From the NCBI GenBank assembly GCA_046735395.1, contig JBJKQR010000079.1, positions 1 to 14,434 on the forward strand: a DNA stretch of 14,434 nt, written 5' to 3'. The position numbers and the translations under genes are program-made. Below, one piece after another: positions 1-6,885 of this stretch. Numbering within the stretch: position 1 is the stretch's first letter; each line of letters starts with the position of its first letter. Origin of the DNA: Fidelibacterota bacterium. Its GTDB lineage: Bacteria > Fidelibacterota > Fidelibacteria > Fidelibacterales > DSDE01. Under the pieces are notes generated by a model, which was given only the letters and a program-made list of their open reading frames with translations, did not search any database and was not told the DNA's origin.

Positions 1-1278
1 GAGAACAATCCATACCCAGAGCGGAATGGCATTTTTATTCATGCCGGCAAGTTCCTGCTGGCTGCTGTTCAGCATGGACATCTTTTCGGCAATGGCATCT
101 TCCAGCATCCGTTTCTCTTCGAGTTTCGCACGGGTAGCGGCTTCGTTTTCCATGCCGAGCTGTCCCTGTCCCTGCTGGGTGGCAATCTGTGCCTTCAGAG
201 TGGCGATTTCCCGGTTCAGACGGCTCAGTGATGCCGTATCCTTGGCCAGCATCTGGATTCTGGAATTCTGCTCACTGATAATCTTGCGGGCTTCGAGATC
301 ATCCTCGTAATTCTGTTTATTCGTCAGTTTATCGATGATTTTCATCAGCATATTTTCTGTGGCGCTGGGCTGGGATGCGCTGCGGCCTCCGGCATTGATC
401 ACCTTATCCTGTTCCAGCTTGTCCAGCTGTTTCTGAATATCCGAAATCATCTTACGGGTTTCATCGGCCTGTTCCGTTTCCTCCCGGGACATGGCATAGC
501 GGACATCATCCACGACGGGAACAGGACCGGCATCACCCCCGGCTGCCAGAGGTTTCCTGAAGGCCGTGGTCATGATATTAATAATGTCACCCCGGTCGCG
601 ATCATACTGGGACGCGATGCGCGTAACCTGTCGCACGGACTCCAGCAGATCAGGAGAGATTCCTTCCGGAAGAAAAATACTGATATCGAGATGACGGATT
701 CTCGGTACATTTGACTGTACTTGAGAAACAGACCGGGAATACAGCATGTCACCGCTCTCATCCTGAAGATCATATTCGGGACTCTGCATCCCGGGAAGGG
801 CGACGATTTCATCACTTGTTGATTCTGCCGCAGCTGCGCCGCTGTCCGCCGGCATGGCCGCTTCCTCATCCAGTATGGAAATTCCGTCAGGCGGGAGCTC
901 GCTCGGTATGCCGGGCAGAATCTCTCTCAGTGAACCCGAAGCGGCAGCTGAGGCTCTGTTTCCCGTGGCAGAGGATGCAGCCTGATCATTCCGTTCTGTG
1001 GCCGAGGGCCTTTTTTCGAGACGGCTGCTGGGTTGGCCCGGCTTGTATATTTCTTCAATTTTCCGATCGGGAAGAAAATCCACATCGGCTTTTACATTTA
1101 CGACGAATTGCTGATGGCCGAGAACTCGCTCAATCGCCACGCTGACGCGATCCTTGATCCCGTTTTCCAGCTCCATTTTCTGAGCAAGCTGATTCGCGTT
1201 CTGAATGTCGGCGGCCAGGCCGATCGTTCCCATCATGAGGATGGCAAGAACCGCCTGTGCAGGTTTTCTTTTCAGCAT
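1..1278 (-). CDS. FliF (MS-ring) C-terminal RBM3-domain protein with N-terminal signal peptide, long coiled coil and start of a TM helix; partial, runs off the left edge (>=426 aa)
   Basis: Not in the ORF track because it has no stop in the window; translated by hand. ATG at 1278 with AGGAG 9-10 nt upstream, overlapping the motB stop. It begins MLKRKPAQAVLAILMMGTIGLA-ADIQ (signal-peptide-like). Then QLAQKMELENGIKDRVSVAIERVLGHQQFVVNVKADVDFLPDRKIEEIYKP ... YSRSVSQVQSNVPRIRHLDISIFL ... LLESVRQVTRIASQYDRDRGDIINIMTTAF, which follows the FliF RBM3 (YscJ_FliF_C) pattern. A heptad-rich region follows, ending in AIPLWVWIVL at the edge. Confidence 0.85.
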   Translation of the reverse strand, partial: MLKRKPAQAVLAILMMGTIGLAADIQNANQLAQKMELENGIKDRVSVAIERVLGHQQFVVNVKADVDFLPDRKIEEIYKPGQPSSRLEKRPSATERNDQAASSATGNRASAAASGSLREILPGIPSELPPDGISILDEEAAMPADSGAAAAESTSDEIVALPGMQSPEYDLQDESGDMLYSRSVSQVQSNVPRIRHLDISIFLPEGISPDLLESVRQVTRIASQYDRDRGDIINIMTTAFRKPLAAGGDAGPVPVVDDVRYAMSREETEQADETRKMISDIQKQLDKLEQDKVINAGGRSASQPSATENMLMKIIDKLTNKQNYEDDLEARKIISEQNSRIQMLAKDTASLSRLNREIATLKAQIATQQGQGQLGMENEAATRAKLEEKRMLEDAIAEKMSMLNSSQQELAGMNKNAIPLWVWIVL

Positions 1279-1291
1279 AAATATTCACTCC

Positions 1292-1951
1292 TTATGAAAT
1301 GGCGAGGAAGGTCATCTCGACTCGTCTGTTCGCTTTTTTATTTTCAGTGGTCGTATTGGGGACTTTGGGACGGGTCGCTGCAAAGCCGATGGCCCGGAAG
1401 CGGTCTGCCGGAACCCCGGTACGGATATAATAGTTGACGACTCCGGATGCTCTGGCGGTGGACAGTTCCCAGTTGCTGGGATAAATTTCCGAATGAATGG
1501 GGTCACTGTCCGTATGCCCCTCCACCGCAATCTGATAGATGGAATTCATGATGGTCGGCTTGAATTTATCCAGAATGGGAAAAATATAGGGATTCAGAAC
1601 GGCAGATCCCTTTTCGAAAAGAATATCCGATTTGATACCGATGGTCACACCGCGATAGGAATGGGATACTTCCACATAGTCTTCCATATTCTGCTGTTCA
1701 ACGATCTTCTGAACATCCTTGGCTATCTTCAGAAGGGAAACTTTTCCGGCCTTTTCAATCTTCTGTTTCCCCATTGCCTTGCCCATGGCGTCCCCGAACT
1801 GTTCCATCTTGATGGGATCAAGCGTCGACATGGAGAACAGCAGCACGAAAAAGGTCATGAGCAGCGTCATCATATCGGCATAGGTGGTAAGCCACTCTTC
1901 CGACTCATCGGGCTTGGGCCCTTTCTTCATAAATCCCTGATATGTTTTCAT
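1292..1951 (-). CDS. motB: Flagellar-type stator B subunit (MotB/PomB/MotS family) with OmpA-like peptidoglycan-binding domain, 219 aa
   Basis: TM motif WLTTYADMMTLLMTFFVLLFSMS with the ion-binding Asp; plug-like helix DPIKMEQFGDAMGKAMG; OmpA_C motifs VEGHTD, NWELSTARA, NRRVE. Start moved from 1990 to the ATG at 1951 (AGGA upstream, no overlap with motA). Confidence 0.95.
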   Translation of the reverse strand: MKTYQGFMKKGPKPDESEEWLTTYADMMTLLMTFFVLLFSMSTLDPIKMEQFGDAMGKAMGKQKIEKAGKVSLLKIAKDVQKIVEQQNMEDYVEVSHSYRGVTIGIKSDILFEKGSAVLNPYIFPILDKFKPTIMNSIYQIAVEGHTDSDPIHSEIYPSNWELSTARASGVVNYYIRTGVPADRFRAIGFAATRPKVPNTTTENKKANRRVEMTFLAIS

Positions 1952-1965
1952 CACTGTCCGTCCTG

Positions 1966-2757
1966 TTACTGTTCGTCTTCCCGGAGCCATTCACGGGGAG
2001 GCATGAAGGAATTCAGCCGTTCGCGGACGATGAGCGGATGCTTTCGGTTATAAAGCAGAATAACACCTTCCAGCATCATGTACTGCTCAAGGGATTCCTT
2101 GTCGATTCTCATTTCAATCTTCGTGGCCATGGGATTGAAGATCAGGTTGGCCAGCACGGAGCCGTAGAAGGTGGTCACAATGGCCGCCCCCATACCCACA
2201 CCGAGATTTTTCGCCATATCTTCCGACTCGGTGCCGCCGGATCCCATTCCATAAAGCATCACCACGAGACCGATCAGCGTTCCCACCATACCGAAGGCCG
2301 GGGAAAATTTGCCGATGGTCTTCAGCACATTGGCCTCATTGCGTTCCCGCTGTTCACGGTTCTCAATTCGCGTCATCAGAATATCTCTGATATCCGTATC
2401 ATTGTAGCCGTCGATGATGAGCTGAACACCGTCTTTGAGAAAGGGATGCCGGACGGTGTTGATAATTTTCTCGAGTTCAAGAGACCCTTTCCGGGCCGTA
2501 CCGGCGATTCCTACAATATCCTTGACCAGCGGCCGCATACGGTCTTTTTGCTTGGTAAATACAATACCGATAACCCGGAAGACTCGTAATACTTCCCTCA
2601 GCGGAAAGGCGATGAGAGTTGCTGCCAGTGATCCACCGAGAACGATTGCCAGGGAAGCGCCTGACCAGAACATATTGAAATCGCTGGTCAGCAGAACTAT
2701 ACCGAAAAAGATGAGTCCGATTCCTAAGAATATACCGATAATACTTGCAAAATCCAT
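1966..2757 (-). CDS. motA: Flagellar-type stator A subunit (MotA/PomA/MotP family), 263 aa
   Basis: N-terminal MDFASIIG; four hydrophobic segments; IVLGGSLAATLIAFP; cytoplasmic ARKGSLELE; HPFLKDGVQLIIDG; PAFGMVGTLIGLV; AIVTTFYG; AGGAG RBS; adjacent to motB. Confidence 0.95.
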   Translation of the reverse strand: MDFASIIGIFLGIGLIFFGIVLLTSDFNMFWSGASLAIVLGGSLAATLIAFPLREVLRVFRVIGIVFTKQKDRMRPLVKDIVGIAGTARKGSLELEKIINTVRHPFLKDGVQLIIDGYNDTDIRDILMTRIENREQRERNEANVLKTIGKFSPAFGMVGTLIGLVVMLYGMGSGGTESEDMAKNLGVGMGAAIVTTFYGSVLANLIFNPMATKIEMRIDKESLEQYMMLEGVILLYNRKHPLIVRERLNSFMPPREWLREDEQ

Positions 2758-2768
2758 TCTGACTCCTG

Positions 2769-4130
2769 TTATTTACCCATGAAGGAGGTCGTCCTCAGGC
2801 GGTTTTCTGAAATAATTTTTAAAATATTCCTCACATCGTCGTACTCCGGATCGATGCGTAATGCCAGATTCCAGTTAATCATGGCCCGGTCAAGATCTCC
2901 CATCTTGTAATATATGGAGCCCCGACGTGCATACGCCAGCGATAAATTCGGGTTCAGCTGAATGGCCATATCCGCCTCATTCAGCGCCTCCTCATAATTG
3001 CCGGCATAGAAATATCTCAGGCTGCGGCTCAGATGCTTCAGCGCCAGATTTATATTCTGTTCCAGTACATGCTTCTGAAGTTTGACGGACTGCAGGCTGT
3101 CCTCCAGAACGCTCTTCTGCTGTCTCAGAAACACGACGGTATGGTTCAGGTTCTCCACTTCAGCACGGGAGACCATCAGTGAATCACGGAGCACCTGAAT
3201 CTGCTTATCCGCTTCGGTAATCACCGAATCGAGGACATTGTGATAATATCCTTCATCCCGATTGTCGGCTTCATCCTGAAATGTTTCGGACGTTGCCGAA
3301 CTCATGGCGGGAGCAGGAAGTCTGCGGTCGCGTGTCTTTTTCATTCCGGAGGGTATGCGGGGAATGGACATGGCCAGTCCGACGCTGATCGAAGGCAGGT
3401 CGGCCATTTCCGGTTTTCCGAAATTCGCCAGATACTGCAGCTGGGAGATACCCAGATTCAGACGATAATCGCTGGTGATGGGAACTCTTACACCGAAATT
3501 CAGGCCCTGACCGTCATATTCGCCGATCAGGTCCACGCCTCCGTTATCCGCCAGGATATTGGTCCGCATCAGAAAGCCTGCGAATACGCCCGGCGTCGTC
3601 AGCGTATCATTACTGGAAGAGGTCCGGCTCAGAGAACCGGTTCCCACGCCCATATAGGAATTCAGAGCGAAATTATTCAGGCGTTTTTCGCTGCTGATGA
3701 CACCGTAAAAGGCATAATCGGGCTTGAGCTGAGTACTGCCGTTCACATTACTGATGACAAAATCCCACAGCCCGACTGCCACCGAGATATCACCATAGCT
3801 CATGACCGTCTTTCCCAGATTGATTCCGAATTCGACCGAGGACGTATCATTGCCCGGCTGCACAGCCGAAAAGCCCAGGCTGAAATTGCGGCCTACTTCC
3901 GAATCGAGAAATACACCGCTGGCCGGTTTCAGGCCCGATGTGGATGCATCAAAGGAATAGAGGTCTGTCCCGAAGCCTGCCCGGAACAGATAATCGGGCT
4001 CGGACGCCGTGCTTGTCGGAATTCTCATCATGAGTCCCGGCTTGGTAAAGGATACCTGGGAACTCCCGAGGGCAGCACCGATGCAAACAAGAAATGTCAG
4101 GCCAGCTTTTATCGTATTCTTCATTCTCAT
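2769..4130 (-). CDS. Predicted outer-membrane beta-barrel (YjbH-like) fused to C-terminal coiled coil and TPR repeats, 453 aa
   Basis: Signal-peptide-like N-terminus; PGLMMRIPT; about 12 alternating amphipathic strands (e.g. ISVAVGLWD, AFYGVISSE, SYMGVGTG, GVFAGFL, LIGEYDGQGLNFGVRVP, YRLNLGIS); Pro/acidic linker; heptad region; TPRs (YEEALNEADMAIQLNPNLSLAYARRGSIYYKMGDLDRAMINWNLALRIDPEY). Confidence 0.75.
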   Translation of the reverse strand: MRMKNTIKAGLTFLVCIGAALGSSQVSFTKPGLMMRIPTSTASEPDYLFRAGFGTDLYSFDASTSGLKPASGVFLDSEVGRNFSLGFSAVQPGNDTSSVEFGINLGKTVMSYGDISVAVGLWDFVISNVNGSTQLKPDYAFYGVISSEKRLNNFALNSYMGVGTGSLSRTSSSNDTLTTPGVFAGFLMRTNILADNGGVDLIGEYDGQGLNFGVRVPITSDYRLNLGISQLQYLANFGKPEMADLPSISVGLAMSIPRIPSGMKKTRDRRLPAPAMSSATSETFQDEADNRDEGYYHNVLDSVITEADKQIQVLRDSLMVSRAEVENLNHTVVFLRQQKSVLEDSLQSVKLQKHVLEQNINLALKHLSRSLRYFYAGNYEEALNEADMAIQLNPNLSLAYARRGSIYYKMGDLDRAMINWNLALRIDPEYDDVRNILKIISENRLRTTSFMGK

Positions 4131-4142
4131 CTGATTATGCCC

Positions 4143-4799
4143 TTATTGTTGAGTCCCCAGTTTGCGGTTGACCAGCCGCGCGTAACGGCCGTCCGGATAA
4201 TCACGCTGATAGGACATGAAATATTTTTTTGCCTCATAGTCCTTACCAAGACGTTCATAGGCTGCTGCCAGCAGAATATAGCCGTCTTCAAGTCTGGAAA
4301 AGGCAGGATTACTGATAATCTCATTGAGAAGAATGATGGTGCGGTTGTAATTCCCCTGGCGGAAAGCGCATTCCGCGGCCCAGAACATGCTGTTCAGGCG
4401 CATGGCTGTATCGGTGGTTTCCGACATGATCTGGCTGAAAAGCGCCCCGGCCTTGTCGTAGGCACCTTCATTGTAACTGGTCAGAGCCTGCGTATAATAG
4501 TCCCCCATCACATCGGTGTGCAGCACATCGCCGGAGCTTGTCCGCCCTTCCTCCAGCAGTGCAACCCGGTTTCTCAGCCGGGTCAGCTCCCGGTTCATAC
4601 GGGCCATATCCTTTTCGTACTGCTCACGGAATTTCAGAAAAGCGTCCATATTCACCGTCGTGTCCACGGATTTTTCCGGAGCCAGGGCAGACAGGGTATC
4701 AGAAAAGAGAAATCCCACGTCAAGCATGGGATCGGTTACCTGACTCATCGCTAATCCTGTGGTCAGACACATCATCATAACAATTTTCCTGAGGCTCAT
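4143..4799 (-). CDS. Exported coiled-coil + TPR protein (CpoB/YbgF-like), 218 aa
   Basis: Signal peptide MSLRKIVMMMCLTTGLAMS-Q; coiled coil MARMNRELTRLRNRVALLE; three TPR-like units (YTQALTSYNEGAYDKAGALF, FWAAECAFRQGNY, LAAAYERLG...YPDG). Starts 1 nt after the upstream stop. Confidence 0.8.
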   Translation of the reverse strand: MSLRKIVMMMCLTTGLAMSQVTDPMLDVGFLFSDTLSALAPEKSVDTTVNMDAFLKFREQYEKDMARMNRELTRLRNRVALLEEGRTSSGDVLHTDVMGDYYTQALTSYNEGAYDKAGALFSQIMSETTDTAMRLNSMFWAAECAFRQGNYNRTIILLNEIISNPAFSRLEDGYILLAAAYERLGKDYEAKKYFMSYQRDYPDGRYARLVNRKLGTQQ

Positions 4800-4800
4800 A

Positions 4801-5781
4801 TCAAAAGGAACCCGATTTTAGCATATCTTTCACCTTGGCAACGAGCGTACTTTTCGGATAGGTTTCAATAAGAGTCTGAAAATCCCTGAGTCCTTCATTC
4901 TTCCGGTTCAGCCGGATATTGCAGAGGCCGCTTTTGAACAGCGCTGCATCCAGCTTGTTGCTGTCCTTGTAGGTCTGCACTTTCTTAAATTCGGCCAGTG
5001 CCTTTTCATACTGTCCCTGGCTGTAATAGCTTTCGGCGATCCAGTACTGACAGTTATCACTGTAATCATTGCTTCTGTCGATATCCAGCAAGGCACTGAA
5101 TTCCTTGATCGCATCCTTGAAATTATTGGCAAAATACAGCTTCAGAGCTTCCTGATACCGCTGCTGATATTCTTCCTTCGTCAGGTTCATAACCGGTTTT
5201 ATGGCCGTATCCAGCTCTTTTTTCAGTTTCTTTTCTTCCGGCTTTTTCACTTGCGCAACTGTGTTCGTCGGCTTCGCCGCTGCCGCCGTTTCCTTTTTGA
5301 CGGTTTTTCCGGCTTCGGCCGGTTCATCCAGTGCCTGAAGAATATTCGTTTCATAGTTCTGCCGGGCTGCCACCTCCAGCACTGTCTTCAGACTATCATT
5401 ATTATCAGCAATCTTTTTTGTCAGCGCACTGTTGTTCTGGAGAAGTTTGGTTTTTTCCATATCCACTTCATCCAGTTTCTCACTGAGGACCTTGGATTCA
5501 TTCTTTTCCTGCACAAGTGAAAAACTCAGACTGTCATTTCTCGTCTTCAGGTCAATGATATTATCTTTCAGATCCGCAAGTTCGGATTGCAGGATAATGA
5601 TCTGATTCTTCAGATCCAGCATCTCGATGGTCTTATCCTGAAGATCCTTTTCCCGTTTCTGGAGAGTGGATTCAGTTTCATCGAAGCGGTCCCTGGGAAC
5701 AGTATTTTTGGAGGAGGAGCAGCCGCTGGCAAGCAGGGCCGCCAGTGCAAGACACACGATGCCGGTCGAACGTTTAATCAT
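4801..5781 (-). CDS. Lipoprotein with long coiled coil and C-terminal CpoB/YbgF-like TPR domain, 326 aa
   Basis: Start moved from 5892 to 5781, giving MIKRSTGIVCLALAALLASG-C (lipobox, Cys21) and an 8-nt overlap with the upstream gene. About 100 aa of heptads. CpoB-like TPR: YQEALKLYFANNFKDAIKEF, NCQYWIAESYYSQGQYEKALAEF, DAALFKSG, LIETYPKS. Confidence 0.85.
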   Translation of the reverse strand: MIKRSTGIVCLALAALLASGCSSSKNTVPRDRFDETESTLQKREKDLQDKTIEMLDLKNQIIILQSELADLKDNIIDLKTRNDSLSFSLVQEKNESKVLSEKLDEVDMEKTKLLQNNSALTKKIADNNDSLKTVLEVAARQNYETNILQALDEPAEAGKTVKKETAAAAKPTNTVAQVKKPEEKKLKKELDTAIKPVMNLTKEEYQQRYQEALKLYFANNFKDAIKEFSALLDIDRSNDYSDNCQYWIAESYYSQGQYEKALAEFKKVQTYKDSNKLDAALFKSGLCNIRLNRKNEGLRDFQTLIETYPKSTLVAKVKDMLKSGSF

Positions 5782-6709
5782 AGGTTTCCCAATCAACATT
5801 ATAAGTGTAGCCGATAAAGGTACCAAATGCTCCGGGTATGACCAGATTGAACTTTCCGCTGGCGCCGGGCAGGAGCGCGTTGTCGGAGGCAATGCCCGAG
5901 CTGTAGGTGAAATAGGATCCCTTCACGAAGGCGGTCAGTGTTTTCGTTCCGCCGCTCCAATTGGTCCGGAACACCATATTGATCTTGACAAAGTCAGCCC
6001 GGCGGGTCCCGATGTTCCGGACGGTACCGGAAAAGGTGCGGTTGCCGCTCTTATCAGTGACTTCCCGGATATTGTCCACCAGGATACAGTTTGCCGATCC
6101 CTGCTCCGTATTGGCAGTGGGTGGTACGACGGCATCCTCGGAAAAGGCTGTCGCCGTGGGCACCGCTTCCTGTACCACCACCGGTGGAGCGGTGGGCTGT
6201 GCAGCTGCCGGTTCTGCCTTTTCCTCAACTTCCGGAAAATTCTCCACGATCCTCACAATATCCTTGCGGTCGATGATCAGATAACCGATGAGCGTTTCCA
6301 CCTTGATGGATTTGCTGTCCTGAAATATGATCTTCCCGTACACAGAGGTACCATTATTCAGAATAATTTCCTTATTGTAAATCTTCAGGGGATTTTCCAG
6401 CATCTGCGATTTGGTTTTCATCTCATCCACTTCAGCCGTCAGATGCTTCACCTCCGCGCCCAGACGCTTCACTTCGTAGGTGAGCTCATTGATGACGAAG
6501 GCATAATCCTTGGAACTGATCCCGTTCTGCAGGCTGTCCGGAAGTGTCGAGAGGCTGCGAATCTCCTTCTGAATGGCGGAATTGGCCATCATGGCCTCAT
6601 CATCCGGCACCGTGTTCTCTGCCAGAGTGTCCTTTTTTCCGCCCAGAGATCCGCAGGCGCTGAACGCCAGTAAAACAGCCAGTATACTCAGAGACAGCGC
6701 CACCCGCAT
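5774..6709 (-). CDS. Lipoprotein: coiled coil, Sm/LSm-like small beta domain, Pro/Ala linker, C-terminal FxLYD-like Ig domain (about 311 aa)
   Basis: MRVALSLSILAVLLAFSA-C lipobox. Start is 6709, or alternatively 6718/6745; the 6790 ATG lies inside the predicted promoter spacer. EIILNNGTSVYGKIIFQDSKSIKVETLIGYLIIDRKDIVRI has an Sm-like pattern. FSGTVRNIGTRRADFVKINMVF...LLPGASGKF has an FxLYD-like pattern. The CDS is secure; the domain labels are tentative. Confidence 0.7.
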   Translation of the reverse strand: MRVALSLSILAVLLAFSACGSLGGKKDTLAENTVPDDEAMMANSAIQKEIRSLSTLPDSLQNGISSKDYAFVINELTYEVKRLGAEVKHLTAEVDEMKTKSQMLENPLKIYNKEIILNNGTSVYGKIIFQDSKSIKVETLIGYLIIDRKDIVRIVENFPEVEEKAEPAAAQPTAPPVVVQEAVPTATAFSEDAVVPPTANTEQGSANCILVDNIREVTDKSGNRTFSGTVRNIGTRRADFVKINMVFRTNWSGGTKTLTAFVKGSYFTYSSGIASDNALLPGASGKFNLVIPGAFGTFIGYTYNVDWETYD

Positions 6710-6774
6710 GCCTCCCATTCTCCGTTTTTTTATGAATAAAAGCATACTTACACCAATGTTTTTTCTGTTAAAAA

Positions 6775-6803
6775 AATTTACTTTCAACATGTCTCAATGT
6801 CAA
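6775..6803 (-). promoter_or_regulatory. sigma70-type promoter of the motor-like operon
   Basis: Minus strand TTGACA (6803-6798), 17-nt spacer, TAAATT (6780-6775), in an AT-rich intergenic region about 65 nt before the first gene. Confidence 0.7.
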
Positions 6804-6885
6804 GAAAAAATCATAATACCAGTAACTTATCCCCGAAAGCTTAAACTTTTAATTTAAATGAATCCCTTATTGTCCTAAATAGTTG

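Noticed and set aside
26..1437. Short track ORFs (26-310, 570-869, 711-1145, 1033-1437)
   Set aside because: Explained by the open minus-strand frame 1278 to <1 and by motB.
1292..2757. ZorAB, TolQR or ExbBD interpretation of the motor pair
   Set aside because: The A subunit has no long ZorA tail and keeps the flagellar cytoplasmic loop. The B subunit has a MotB TM motif, plug and OmpA_C domain, unlike TolR/ExbD. No zorC/D/E, tolA or tonB is visible.
3240..4754. 504-aa plus-strand ORF
   Set aside because: Antisense shadow of two well-supported minus-strand genes; no RBS or recognisable motifs.
5810..5817. GCCGATAA, a sigma28 -10-like octamer
   Set aside because: On the antisense strand inside a CDS, with no TAAA at the right spacing.
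5782..5892. N-terminal extensions in the ORF track (also 1952-1990, 6746-6790, 8277-8318)
   Set aside because: They overlap upstream genes or promoters. Downstream ATGs give proper RBS spacing, translational coupling or signal peptides.
5666..6673. 335-aa plus-strand ORF, and similar antisense ORFs at 1493-2053, 1942-2589 and 11894-12430
   Set aside because: Fully antisense to genes with clear family motifs; expected from codon bias.
6804..6885. Possible terminator or small RNA after the baeRF gene
   Set aside because: AT-rich, but no GC-rich hairpin followed by a U-tract and no recognisable RNA motif.
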